Assembly: GCA_943349725.1 (NCBI GenBank)
Contig: CALQZP010000002.1
Span: 1-45,102 of the forward strand
Direction: 5' to 3'
DNA: 45,102 nucleotides
Source: Candidatus Nomurabacteria bacterium
GTDB lineage: Bacteria; Patescibacteriota; Minisyncoccia; Phycocordibacterales; UBA10002
Part shown: in pieces, positions 24,802 through 32,818 of the stretch
Position numbering within the stretch: position 1 is the first letter of the stretch
How the letters are laid out: each line of letters starts with the position of its first letter
Translations under genes and position numbers: made by a program
Notes under the pieces: model-generated
Seen by the model: the letters and a program-made list of their open reading frames with translations, nothing else
The model's database searches: none
What the model was told of the DNA's origin: nothing

Positions 24802-25380
24802 TTAAATACCTAGATTTTTAAAAGTCTCTTTCTCCCATGCAAGAAATTTGCGGCGTATTTCCCCCGGATTTTTTAAATCAGATTTTAGTGCACAAGCACT
24901 ATCAAGCATGTCCTTCTGCCAATCTATTCTTGAATCGAGTAGAGAAATCAACCGATCTAACTCGCTCACAGCACTAGAATCTCTTTGGTAAACAGCCAAA
25001 TATGCTATTGCCTGCTGTGTATATAAATCCTTATCGTTCCTTACTGATTTAATTGTCTCACTAACGTTTTTAGTTTGTAGGAAAGGCATAGCCTCTTTTT
25101 TTATTTTATCTTCCAATTCTGGAATTAAGTTAGGAACATCTGCATCCCAACTTCCCCCAATTCTAAACCCCGTATTGAAAACAAAATGTGAAGCGGGAAT
25201 AAAACTAAGTTGTATAAAAACATGTACATAAAATTTCCTAGGATTGCTTGAGGTATCAAAAAAAATACCACGAAGTACACCATCAACGGGTTGTGAAAAC
25301 AGTAGCTGCCCCTTGGAAGAAAAATTCGGAAAATTCGGGAGTAATTTTTCGATTATTCCATTCAGTTCTTTTTTAGTCAT
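24802..25380 (-). CDS. Hypothetical protein wedged between pheS and pheT (AT-rich)
   Basis: A 192-aa ORF. ATG 25380 lies 1 nt after the pheS stop, and its own stop lies 3 nt before the pheT ATG. It is visibly more AT-rich than the flanks. There may be a vague resemblance to DUF4304-type proteins, but this is pattern memory only. Confidence 0.6.
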   Translation of the reverse strand: MTKKELNGIIEKLLPNFPNFSSKGQLLFSQPVDGVLRGIFFDTSSNPRKFYVHVFIQLSFIPASHFVFNTGFRIGGSWDADVPNLIPELEDKIKKEAMPFLQTKNVSETIKSVRNDKDLYTQQAIAYLAVYQRDSSAVSELDRLISLLDSRIDWQKDMLDSACALKSDLKNPGEIRRKFLAWEKETFKNLGI

Positions 25381-25381
25381 T

Positions 25382-26179
25382 TTAGAATTGGTTTACAAGA
25401 CGCAAGTCTCCGTTATAAAACATACGGACGTCGGGGATGCCGGTTTTGAGCATTACGAGGCGGTCTATTCCACATCCGAACGCGAAACCGGAGTACTCCT
25501 TAGGGTCAATGCCAGAAGCGCGGAGGACATTGGGGTGCATGAGGCCTGAGCCGAGCACTTCAAGCCATTTCCCTTTCCATTTCATATCAACCTCGGCGGA
25601 GGGCTCGGTAAAGGCGAAGAAACTTGGGCGGAAGCGGATTTCAATTTCTGGTCCGAAAAACTTTTTCAAGAAGAACTCAAGTGTTCCCTTGAGGTGTGCA
25701 AGGCTTACATTTTTATCGATATATAGACCTTCAAGTTGAAAAAACTGCGCTTCGTGGGTGGCATCCGTTGCTTCGTTTCGGAACACCTTTCCGGGCACCA
25801 CGATTTTGTACGGGGGTTTGATGCCCAGCTTTACCTTGTTTTCAACATAACGTATCTGCACGGGAGAAGTATGCGTTCGGAGGACGGGTCTCTCGCTTCT
25901 TTCCCCGTTTTCTTCCTTTTGAATTTGGATATTAGAATTTGTTTCGGATTTCGGATTTCGGATTTCGGATTTCACATTTTTGGTCTTCACCCAAAAGGTA
26001 TCCTGCATATCCCTCGCAGGATGGTCGTTTGGGATATTGAGCGCGTCAAAGTTGTACCATTCGGTTTCCAGTTCGGGACCAACCGCAATCGCGAAGCCAA
26101 GCTCCTCAAAAATAGAGCGTATATCAAAAATAGCCTGTGAAATGGGGTGAATGTGTCCTTGTGCCTCTTTACTTTCCAT
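25382..26179 (-). CDS. pheS: Phenylalanyl-tRNA synthetase alpha subunit, short N-terminus
   Basis: NIPNDHPARDMQDTFWV, LRTHTSPVQIRY and GFAFGCGIDRLVML class II motifs. Confidence 0.92.
   Translation of the reverse strand: MESKEAQGHIHPISQAIFDIRSIFEELGFAIAVGPELETEWYNFDALNIPNDHPARDMQDTFWVKTKNVKSEIRNPKSETNSNIQIQKEENGERSERPVLRTHTSPVQIRYVENKVKLGIKPPYKIVVPGKVFRNEATDATHEAQFFQLEGLYIDKNVSLAHLKGTLEFFLKKFFGPEIEIRFRPSFFAFTEPSAEVDMKWKGKWLEVLGSGLMHPNVLRASGIDPKEYSGFAFGCGIDRLVMLKTGIPDVRMFYNGDLRLVNQF
25944..25971. repeat. 4 x 7-bp tandem repeat (tcggatt) in-frame in pheS
   Basis: Four exact heptamers within a low-complexity insertion that encodes KNVKSEIRNPKSETNSNIQIQKEE, between the conserved DTFWV and LRTHTS. 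Confidence 0.9.
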
Positions 26180-26240
26180 GCGCTCTATTTAAGCACAAAA
26201 GACCGCTCTTTGGAACGGGTTTAAACACCACCACCCCCAA

Positions 26241-26319
26241 ACCCCTCCTTAACTGAGGAGGGGAAGAAATCCCTCCTGCCAAAGACGGCAGTACTCCCTT
26301 TAGGAAAGGGAGAATTAAG
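26241..26319. repeat. Array of GC hairpin modules 3' of tRNA-Thr
   Basis: CCCTCCTTAACTGAGGAGGG, CTGCCAAAGACGGCAG and TACTCCCTTTAGGAAAGGGAGAATTAAGA. The last module recurs at 31983-32008 and 35109-35135. Confidence 0.8.
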
Positions 26320-26320
26320 A

Positions 26321-26396
26321 TGGAGCCGCCTCCCAGATTTGAACTGGGGACATCCACTTTACAAAAGTGGCGCTCTACCAACTGAGCTAAGGCGGC
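26321..26396 (-). tRNA. tRNA-Thr (anticodon UGU), CCA encoded
   Basis: The minus strand folds as a cloverleaf: acceptor GCCGCCT/AGGCGGC, D-arm GCTC/GAGC, anticodon stem CCACT/AGTGG with loop TTTGTAA, T-arm CCCAG-TTCAAAT-CTGGG, then T-CCA. Confidence 0.93.
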
Positions 26397-26632
26397 GTGA
26401 TGGTATCCAAGAACTTTCTTCCTTGTCCGGACTTCAGGAAGTGTTCCCGTTTGATTGCAGAAGTTTTATCATGGAACACTTCGTTATACAACAGGATAAA
26501 CGGTCCGTTTGATTTTGTAAATTTATTACAGCCCGTATTATGTTCCTGCAATCTCTCTTGCGGAGATTTAGAAGTATACCCCACATAACGTTTTTCGTTG
26601 CGCAAGCTTCTTAAAACATAGACAGAAAACAT
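26387..26632 (-). CDS. Small GIY-YIG nuclease family protein
   Basis: MFSVYVLRSLRNEKRYVGYTSKSPQERLQEHNTG...AIKREHFLKSG is the GIY-YIG/URI pattern. The stop TAG lies inside tRNA positions 8-10. Start is placed at ATG 26632. Confidence 0.8.
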   Translation of the reverse strand: MFSVYVLRSLRNEKRYVGYTSKSPQERLQEHNTGCNKFTKSNGPFILLYNEVFHDKTSAIKREHFLKSGQGRKFLDTITPP

Positions 26633-26694
26633 GTCGATGGTACTACCCCAGCCGGAGGCTGGTCCGCCTCCGGCGGAAACTGAGCTAAGGCGGC
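26397..26694 (-). mobile_element. Candidate GIY-YIG insertion cassette bounded by a 17-nt direct repeat of the tRNA-Thr 5' end
   Basis: AACTGAGCTAAGGCGGC occurs at 26380-26396 and at 26678-26694. The GC hairpins CCAGCCGGAGGCTGG and TCCGCCTCCGGCGGA lie at 26648-26676. Confidence 0.45.
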
Positions 26695-26715
26695 ACATTT
26701 CAACCGGCAACAATA

Positions 26716-27111
26716 CTACAACGAACCCGGGCGTGAAGAATCTCCCTCCGTCTTCTCAAGTACACTCTTGAGGTGTACCGACACGTCTACCGTGCCCTTA
26801 CGCACCTGCGTACGTCTTCCGCGGAGGTACCTATTGAGACGCAGAGCAAAGGCATGCATCAGTGCGTCAAAGAAAAGGTGTGCGTTATGGACGGTCGTCT
26901 TGGTCCAGACGGTTGAAACATGCACGGCGGTCGTCGCGCAGTCCTTGCAGGTCGCAGTTCCGCGCGTAAACAGGTCCTGCACCATGGGGTCACCTTTCGC
27001 GCGAAGGTGGCGAAGCGGCGTATTCGCGTTTCGGGTAAGCTCAAAGACCTTCAGACCAAAGAGGGTGAGGAGGCCAATGAGCGAAAATCCGAACAGGGTC
27101 ACGGACCACAT
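26716..27111 (-). CDS. Hypothetical membrane-anchored protein
   Basis: N-terminal hydrophobic helix WSVTLFGFSLIGLLTLFGL. The start lies 10 nt after the tsf stop. Confidence 0.5.
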   Translation of the reverse strand: MWSVTLFGFSLIGLLTLFGLKVFELTRNANTPLRHLRAKGDPMVQDLFTRGTATCKDCATTAVHVSTVWTKTTVHNAHLFFDALMHAFALRLNRYLRGRRTQVRKGTVDVSVHLKSVLEKTEGDSSRPGSL

Positions 27112-27120
27112 AGATATAGA

Positions 27121-27711
27121 TTATGAACGATTACTTGTTGAATACCGCGCGAAGCGGGCCACCTCAATCTTCTCACCAAATTTCTGTATGGCGTTTTCAA
27201 TAAGATTTTTGATGGTTTGGTCGGGATTCTTGATAAACGGCTGTTCAAGCAAAATCTTCTCGGCAAAATAAGAATTCATTTTCCCTTCAAGAATCTTCTC
27301 TTGCATCTCCTTCGGCTTTCCTTCCACTTCTTTCATAAGCACTTCTTTTGCTCGTTCAAGTGTTTCGACGCTGATATCCTCACGTCTGACGAACTCCGGC
27401 TTGGAAGCGGCGACATGCATTGCGATATCGTAGGCGAGCGCCCTAAAGGCTTCATTTCCCGAAACAAAATCGGTCTCGGAGGCAAGCTCAAGAAGTACGC
27501 CAACAGTTCCTCCGTGGTGAATATAGGATGCGACAGTACCCGCACCGAGAGTGCGGTCGGCTTTTTTGACGGCGGCGTCGGCTCCTTTTCGCTGGAGAAT
27601 AACTTTGGCCTTTTCTATATCGCCTTTTGACTCTTCAAGCGCTTTACGGCAGAGCATGACCGATACGCCAGTTTCGTCGCGCAATTTTTTGATTAATTCG
27701 GTAGTAACCAT
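27121..27711 (-). CDS. tsf: Elongation factor Ts (short form)
   Basis: UBA-like N-terminus LIKKLRDETGVSVMLCRKALEES, and ETDFVSGNEAF. Confidence 0.92.
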   Translation of the reverse strand: MVTTELIKKLRDETGVSVMLCRKALEESKGDIEKAKVILQRKGADAAVKKADRTLGAGTVASYIHHGGTVGVLLELASETDFVSGNEAFRALAYDIAMHVAASKPEFVRREDISVETLERAKEVLMKEVEGKPKEMQEKILEGKMNSYFAEKILLEQPFIKNPDQTIKNLIENAIQKFGEKIEVARFARYSTSNRS

Positions 27712-27800
27712 AGCGTTTAGCGTTTAGCGTTTAGCGCTTAGAAAAAGACACGGGGGTTCTTGTCCCATATCCTATCACTAATCGCTAAACGCTAACCGCT
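27712..27800. repeat. Inverted heptamer arrays (agcgttt x4 / aaacgct x3) between rpsB and tsf
   Basis: The left array (27712-27739) and right array (27780-27800) are reverse complements. The right arm encodes the last residues and the stop of rpsB. Confidence 0.85.
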
Positions 27801-28504
27801 TCTTTAGACTTCCCCGCCTCGTAAGCCGCAACAATGCGGTCTATGAAGTAGGCAATGCTCGCGCGAGACGCATCGTTACCGGGAATAACAAAATCAACTT
27901 TTGAGAAGTCACAGTCGGAACTTGCAAGCGCAATAACAGGAACACCTTCCTTCTTCGCTTCGGTCACGGCAATATGCTCCTTTCCCGGGTCAATGACAAA
28001 CATCGCTCCCGGCATACCTTTAAGTGGTACGAGCCCGCCGAACATCAGCTCAAGCTTCACGACCTCTCGGTCAATGAGGAGTCGCTCTTTCTTCGTATAC
28101 TTTGCAAGCTCTCCTTTTTCGCTCTTTGAGACAAGGTCGAGCATCTTATCAATACGAGCGCGAATGTTCGCGAAGTTGGTGAGACTGCCTCCAATCCATC
28201 GTCCGAAAACGGCGGGCATACCGAGCTTCGCGGCACCGGCTTTCACCACATCACGTGCCTCGTTCTTACCTCCCACAAAAAGAAGGGTCTTACCCTCTTT
28301 TGCAAGAGCTCGTACAAACTCTTCGGCCTTTTGGAGAGATGCTTTGGTCTTTTCAAGGTCAAAAATTTCAACGCCACTCTTGGCGCCGAAAATATAGGGG
28401 GAAGTTGTGGGATGGTGCCTTGAGCGACGGTAACCGAAATGAGCACCCGCGCTAAACAGGGTGTCGATAATAGGGTCGCTACTGGTTACTTTTCCTTCAT
28501 TCAT
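27785..28504 (-). CDS. rpsB: 30S ribosomal protein S2
   Basis: [21 protein letters not shown] and [15 protein letters not shown] 28504 is preferred over the TTG at 28522. Confidence 0.92.
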   Translation of the reverse strand: MNEGKVTSSDPIIDTLFSAGAHFGYRRSRHHPTTSPYIFGAKSGVEIFDLEKTKASLQKAEEFVRALAKEGKTLLFVGGKNEARDVVKAGAAKLGMPAVFGRWIGGSLTNFANIRARIDKMLDLVSKSEKGELAKYTKKERLLIDREVVKLELMFGGLVPLKGMPGAMFVIDPGKEHIAVTEAKKEGVPVIALASSDCDFSKVDFVIPGNDASRASIAYFIDRIVAAYEAGKSKEAVSV

Positions 28505-28512
28505 GAAATAGG

Positions 28513-28541
28513 AGTGTACCAAATAAGCTCTGGAGACGCAA
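28513..28541 (-). promoter_or_regulatory. rpsB promoter, near-leaderless geometry
   Basis: Minus strand reads TTGCGT-N17-TACACT-N8-ATG. Confidence 0.45.
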
Positions 28542-28550
28542 CTTTCTTAA

Positions 28551-28673
28551 AATCCTAAGCACTAAACTCTAAATCCTAAACAAATTAGAAATACCAAGCA
28601 CAGAAATACAGAGGTGGAGTTAACGTTCAAAATGTATGTCTTATCTAGGGTTTCGGGTTTAGAATTTAGGACG
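28551..28673. repeat. Inverted heptamer arrays (aatccta-type / tagggtt-type) between prfA and rpsB
   Basis: Left: aatccta agcacta aactcta aatccta. Right: tagggtt tcgggtt tagaatt taggacg. The right arm overlaps the prfA stop. Confidence 0.75.
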
Positions 28674-29634
28674 TAACTGCGGATTGCTCCACAGACGCAG
28701 TTTCAAGTGCCTCAAGTATCGGGTCCAAATTACCGGCAAAAATAGCTGGAATGTTGTGCCACGACTCCTTGATGCGATGGTCGGTAATGCGATCCTGCAA
28801 TATGTTGTAGGTACGGATCTTCTCGGAGCGATCGGCGGTACCAATCTGGTCTTTCCGCACACCGGCGTACTTTGTTGCCTCTTCTTCCTCCTTCTTTTGT
28901 TCCAGTTTTGACATAAGGATTCCCATCGCCTTTTCTCGGTTTCGCCCCTGACTTCGCTCCGAAGTACAGCGCACGACAATACCAGTTGGCTTGTGTGTCA
29001 GACGCACGGCGGTCTCAACTTTGTTGACGTTTTGTCCGCCCGCACCACCCGAACGTGAGAACTCAATCTCAATATCGGTAGAAGGGACTTCAAGGTTTGT
29101 TTTCTTACGAATAGGAAGAATGGCGACCGAGGCGGTTGAGGTGTGCACGCGCCCCGACTTTTCGGTGTTGGGCACACGCTGAATACGGTGCACTCCGGTT
29201 TCAAAGCGAAGAATTTTGTAGCACCCTTTGCCTCCTATTTCAAACGACGCTTCTTTGTATCCGCCGATTGACGTACTGGATTCGTCCATCGTAATAAACG
29301 ACCAGCCCTTTTTCTGAGCGTACGCTTTGTACATATCGGCAAGTTTATATGCAAAGAGTGCCGCTTCTTCCCCACCTACTCCCGCGCGTACTTCAAGCAC
29401 GAGTTCGTCCGGAAATGCCTCCTCTTCCTCCCCTTCCTTGAGCAGACTGTCCATCTGCGCACGCAGTGTCGTCTTTTGCGCTTCCAAATCGGTCAGTTCT
29501 TTTTTGGCGAGCTCACCCATCGTAGGGTCGCTCTTAAGGAGTCCCTGTATTTCTTCCTCTTCCTTTAGGAGACGTTCAAAACTCTCCGCGAGATAGGCGG
29601 TCTTGTGATTTTTCTTGTATTTATCTAAATCCAT
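28666..29634 (-). CDS. prfA: Peptide chain release factor 1
   Basis: GGQ motif [20 protein letters not shown]. The tripeptide position reads PNT (PxT type, hence RF1). Start is placed at ATG 29634 (MDLDKYKK). Confidence 0.88.
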   Translation of the reverse strand: MDLDKYKKNHKTAYLAESFERLLKEEEEIQGLLKSDPTMGELAKKELTDLEAQKTTLRAQMDSLLKEGEEEEAFPDELVLEVRAGVGGEEAALFAYKLADMYKAYAQKKGWSFITMDESSTSIGGYKEASFEIGGKGCYKILRFETGVHRIQRVPNTEKSGRVHTSTASVAILPIRKKTNLEVPSTDIEIEFSRSGGAGGQNVNKVETAVRLTHKPTGIVVRCTSERSQGRNREKAMGILMSKLEQKKEEEEATKYAGVRKDQIGTADRSEKIRTYNILQDRITDHRIKESWHNIPAIFAGNLDPILEALETASVEQSAVTS

Positions 29635-29715
29635 AAAAAAAGACACTAGGAGGCTAGGCACTTAACCACTAGGGAAAACCTAGAGCCTGAAGCCTAGTTC
29701 CTAGTGCCTGCAACC

Positions 29716-29946
29716 TTACGCCTTCTTGGCTGTCTTCTTGGCCGCGCTTTTTGCCTGCTTTGCCTTGAAACGGTCAATGCGTCCCGCAGTATCAACAATC
29801 TTGTCCGCGCCCGTGTAAAACGGGTGGCAGTTGCTACAGATTTCAACGTTTAGTTCAGATTTTGTGGACCCCACAGCGAAAATGGCTCCGCAAGCGCAGG
29901 TGGCTTTAGCTTCGGTATAAAACGGTGGGTGGATGTCTTTTTTCAT
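29716..29946 (-). CDS. rpmE: 50S ribosomal protein L31
   Basis: [10 protein letters not shown]...[10 protein letters not shown]. Start is placed at ATG 29946. Confidence 0.9.
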   Translation of the reverse strand: MKKDIHPPFYTEAKATCACGAIFAVGSTKSELNVEICSNCHPFYTGADKIVDTAGRIDRFKAKQAKSAAKKTAKKA

Positions 29947-30096
29947 TGGGACTGAAAACCAATCTGCTAATGGGTACCAATCTGCAAATACCTGCAAATC
30001 AGAATACCAATACGATAGCAGAAAGAGAGGAAATTGACAAATCCCACCCAACCTGCAATTCTGGCTCCGGAAATTATGTACTCATCTAGCTTCCAC

Positions 30097-30480
30097 CTAC
30101 ACACCTCTCACCACCATCGCGTTATCACCCTGTGGGCCGGTATTCGCGCAGACGAGCTTTCGCGGCAACTGCCACACCTTGACTGAAAGGTAGTCCTCGC
30201 ATTCTACAACGGACATACACCCATGCGGAAAGGAAACGTGACGATCCACTTTATCCCGCTTCCGCGGAGAAAGCGCAACCGTTATGGGCTTGGCACTAAA
30301 ATCAGGACATTCAAAAACGGAGGTGAATTCACCGTCAGCACTCTCGCTTCCGACTGCGTTTTGGAGAACACAACGCTTATCCACGCACTCATTGCAATCG
30401 GGGTAAAGGACCCAGAAAAGCATACCGCTCTTTTTATGACTCTTCACTAACCTCTTGAAAACAACATTCTCTCGCGCCAC
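30097..30480 (-). CDS. Hypothetical Cys-rich protein
   Basis: A 127-aa ORF with a GTG start (alternative ATG at MLFWVL). Contains CNECVDKRC and no recognisable family. Confidence 0.4.
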   Translation of the reverse strand: MARENVVFKRLVKSHKKSGMLFWVLYPDCNECVDKRCVLQNAVGSESADGEFTSVFECPDFSAKPITVALSPRKRDKVDRHVSFPHGCMSVVECEDYLSVKVWQLPRKLVCANTGPQGDNAMVVRGV

Positions 30481-30523
30481 GATCCTCTTGGTTTCGTGGA
30501 GCTTTTCCTTTCTTTTTTCTTCG

Positions 30524-30579
30524 CTACCTTCTACTTTCTACCGTCTAATATCTACTGTCTATTGTCTGCTTTCTTTCTA
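30524..30579. repeat. Heptamer tandem array (ctacNNt units, 8 copies)
   Basis: ctacctt ctacttt ctaccgt ctaatat ctactgt ctattgt ctgcttt ctttcta, overlapping the stop of the upstream gene. Confidence 0.8.
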
Positions 30580-31914
30580 AAGATTCTGCAACGGGTCAAT
30601 CATATTTTCCTGTATGTTTGTCGCGTGGGACATAACATTCGCCGCGTAAGTCTTTCCTCTTGTCTTCCATGCGCTTCCTGCATAGTACTTCGCCGCGGCG
30701 GTAGACTCTGCCGAATATCCTCCTGCATCAGCGCCAAGGTCTGAAAGATAGATACCCGAAGCAAAAAATGCATCACGCGGAATCCATGGGTCGGGAGTGG
30801 ACACGCCCGACGCCTTGGCGATTCGCTTTTCAAGTGGTGCCCATGTTGAGGGGATAAACTGGGAAGGCCCCATCGCACCTCCATAGCCACCTTTTTGAGG
30901 GCAGGATACCGGCTTCAACTTTGGGTCAAAACCCAAACGCTCAGAAAGGCTTAAGAATGGAAGAATGTCTCTCGTCGGCTTCATAATCGCCTTAAAGGGT
31001 GTTCCGGTATTTTTGCCGACTCCATCACCGGTCGTAAGATTGGTGACGAGACACTGTCCTACGTTTTCTCCAAGATTGGTTTCCTGGGTCAAAATGGCGA
31101 GTAGGAACGCCGGCCGAATTCCCGTCCTTTTCTGTACCTCAAGAGCGTAGTTATAGGCAGTCCCAAACGGAATTGCCGCGCTGTCGCGGAGTGAAAAGAG
31201 TGCGGAGCGTATCTGCGCAGCGCGTTTTTCCCGCTCACCGAGAATTCCTTTGTACGTCTTTTCTTCCGTCTTACTTATCGCAAGTAGCTCCTTTTTCTGT
31301 GCCTCACTCTTTTGAATTTGACGCTGTTCCGCCTCTATCGTCTTGCGAGCATCCGTTTCCGCATCTTGCCGTTTGGTCAGTGTTTCCTTTGCCGTTTCCG
31401 TTACCGTACGTGTCGTGCGTATGGACTCAAACGACTGTTTGAGTGCACGTTCAAATGCCCTAATAGAATCCAAGTCACTAAAAAAATCCGAAAGCTTCTG
31501 TCCACTCAAAGCAAACTCTGCGATCGAATTAGACTCAAGCGCGTTTGTCTTGCGAATGAGCTCGGCGAGTGAATCTTCCTGTCTCGTTATCTTTTGATTT
31601 AAGCCGACAATAACTGTGGTCTTTTCTCCGATATCTTTACCGAGTTGTTGAATGACAATGTTCTTCGCTTTTATGGTTGCTTTCGCTTCAGCGATTTTGG
31701 CATTGAGAATTGCAATGTCACGAGAAATAGAGGCGGTCTCGTTTTCTTTAGAGGCAAGAATGCCCGCCCAGTGCGCGATGTCTTTGTTCGTCGCATCAAG
31801 CTCGACCTGAAGCTCCGCCTGTCGCCGGGCGACTGCATCAGTGCTTTGAGCATACGTACAAAACGGAATAGCGAGAACTAAAAGTATAAAAAGAGTTGTG
31901 AAGCTTTTAGTCAT
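30577..31914 (-). CDS. Secreted coiled-coil protein with C-terminal lytic transglycosylase (SLT/MltB-like) domain
   Basis: Signal peptide FILLVLAIPFCTYA, a ~230-aa coiled coil, then LTQETNLG and GAMGPSQFIPSTW, which resemble MltB-type motifs. Confidence 0.75.
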   Translation of the reverse strand: MTKSFTTLFILLVLAIPFCTYAQSTDAVARRQAELQVELDATNKDIAHWAGILASKENETASISRDIAILNAKIAEAKATIKAKNIVIQQLGKDIGEKTTVIVGLNQKITRQEDSLAELIRKTNALESNSIAEFALSGQKLSDFFSDLDSIRAFERALKQSFESIRTTRTVTETAKETLTKRQDAETDARKTIEAEQRQIQKSEAQKKELLAISKTEEKTYKGILGEREKRAAQIRSALFSLRDSAAIPFGTAYNYALEVQKRTGIRPAFLLAILTQETNLGENVGQCLVTNLTTGDGVGKNTGTPFKAIMKPTRDILPFLSLSERLGFDPKLKPVSCPQKGGYGGAMGPSQFIPSTWAPLEKRIAKASGVSTPDPWIPRDAFFASGIYLSDLGADAGGYSAESTAAAKYYAGSAWKTRGKTYAANVMSHATNIQENMIDPLQNL

Positions 31915-32024
31915 ATCCGTGCCTGTTTTATTCCTCCTTTTTTAAAGCCTGCTCGACTGAACGACCTCAGTCGTTCGGGCGGGCTCCCTTTAGCAAAGGG
32001 AGAATAAGATGCCCCACAATGGTA

Positions 32025-32055
32025 ACACAAAAGGCGGGTTCTCTCCGCCTTTTGT
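32025..32055 (-). terminator. Terminator after rplY
   Basis: Perfect 12-bp stem CACAAAAGGCGG / CCGCCTTTTGTG with a T-rich 3' side on the minus strand. Confidence 0.65.
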
Positions 32056-32085
32056 GCTTTGATTTCGTATGGTGTGAAAAGAAAG

Positions 32086-32793
32086 TTATTTTTTGGCCTC
32101 TTTCTTTTCCTCCTTCTTTGCGGGAGCCTTTGCAGAAGCGCCTCCTTCGGCGGCTGTAGCACCTTCTTCGCCTGGAACAGGCTCTTTACCCTTCTTCATT
32201 ACTTCAATCGTAGAGAGGTCAACCGGAGCTTCCTCCACCACTTCTTCTCTCGGTTCGTACACCGAGGCGATAACGTCGTCGGGAGAAATAACGAGAGTTA
32301 CACCTTCGGGAAGGTTAATTTCCTTGGCGGTAATGACGCTGTCAAACGCGACAAGCGGAGAAATATCAATTTCAAGTTTCTGGGGAAGGTTTTTCGGCTC
32401 GGCTTCAATTTCAAGGCTGTGCACCACTTTGACGAGCACACCACCAAGGTCCTTAACCGCGGGAGAAACACCCTTAAATTCAATCGGAACCTTAATCTTG
32501 AGTTTCTGTCCTTTTTCAAACACGTAAAAGTCGGCGTGACGAGCCTCACCTGTTACCGGATGCTTATCCACATCGTGAATAAGAGAGGGAATCTCTTCGG
32601 TGCCGTGCTGAAGATTGACGACGGTGTTTTCACCGGCCTTTTTCCAGACCTTTCCAAAATCACGAGTAGAAAGCGTGATGGAGGTTGACGCTTGTTTCTT
32701 ACCGTAAAAGACCGCGGGAATCTTACCTCCGTTTCTAAGGGTATTCGGAGCCACTTTCGGGTCCCGCTTTTCAAAAGCTAAGTTGATTGCCAT
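32086..32793 (-). CDS. rplY: 50S ribosomal protein L25/Ctc
   Basis: RNGGKIPAVFYGK and HPVTGEARHADF, with an acidic/lysine-rich tail. Confidence 0.9.
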   Translation of the reverse strand: MAINLAFEKRDPKVAPNTLRNGGKIPAVFYGKKQASTSITLSTRDFGKVWKKAGENTVVNLQHGTEEIPSLIHDVDKHPVTGEARHADFYVFEKGQKLKIKVPIEFKGVSPAVKDLGGVLVKVVHSLEIEAEPKNLPQKLEIDISPLVAFDSVITAKEINLPEGVTLVISPDDVIASVYEPREEVVEEAPVDLSTIEVMKKGKEPVPGEEGATAAEGGASAKAPAKKEEKKEAKK

Positions 32794-32818
32794 AGGGCGA
32801 TACTATAGCGAAATCTTC

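Noticed and set aside
26169-26381. A 70-aa minus-strand ORF overlapping tRNA-Thr and the hairpin array.
   Set aside because: It reads through the tRNA gene and the GC hairpin modules (the PPQLRRG / GGGS type translation is typical of repeats).
28666-29634. A programmed +1 frameshift as in prfB, or UGA recoding (genetic code 25).
   Set aside because: The protein has a PxT-type (PNT) motif and a single uninterrupted frame, so it is RF1. smc terminates at TGA, and the large conserved genes need no in-frame TGA read-through, so the standard code fits.
31911-32162. An 83-aa minus-strand ORF between rplY and the transglycosylase gene.
   Set aside because: It is composed of the rplY 3' end read in another frame, plus the terminator hairpin and hairpin-repeat modules. 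It is most likely not coding.
32059-32688. Plus-strand ORFs (209 aa and 144 aa) antisense to rplY. Similar cases are 27855-28397 antisense to rpsB, 26768-27271 across tsf, and 43837-44328 antisense to gap.
   Set aside because: The conserved ribosomal or glycolytic proteins are encoded on the other strand, and these ORFs carry no motifs.
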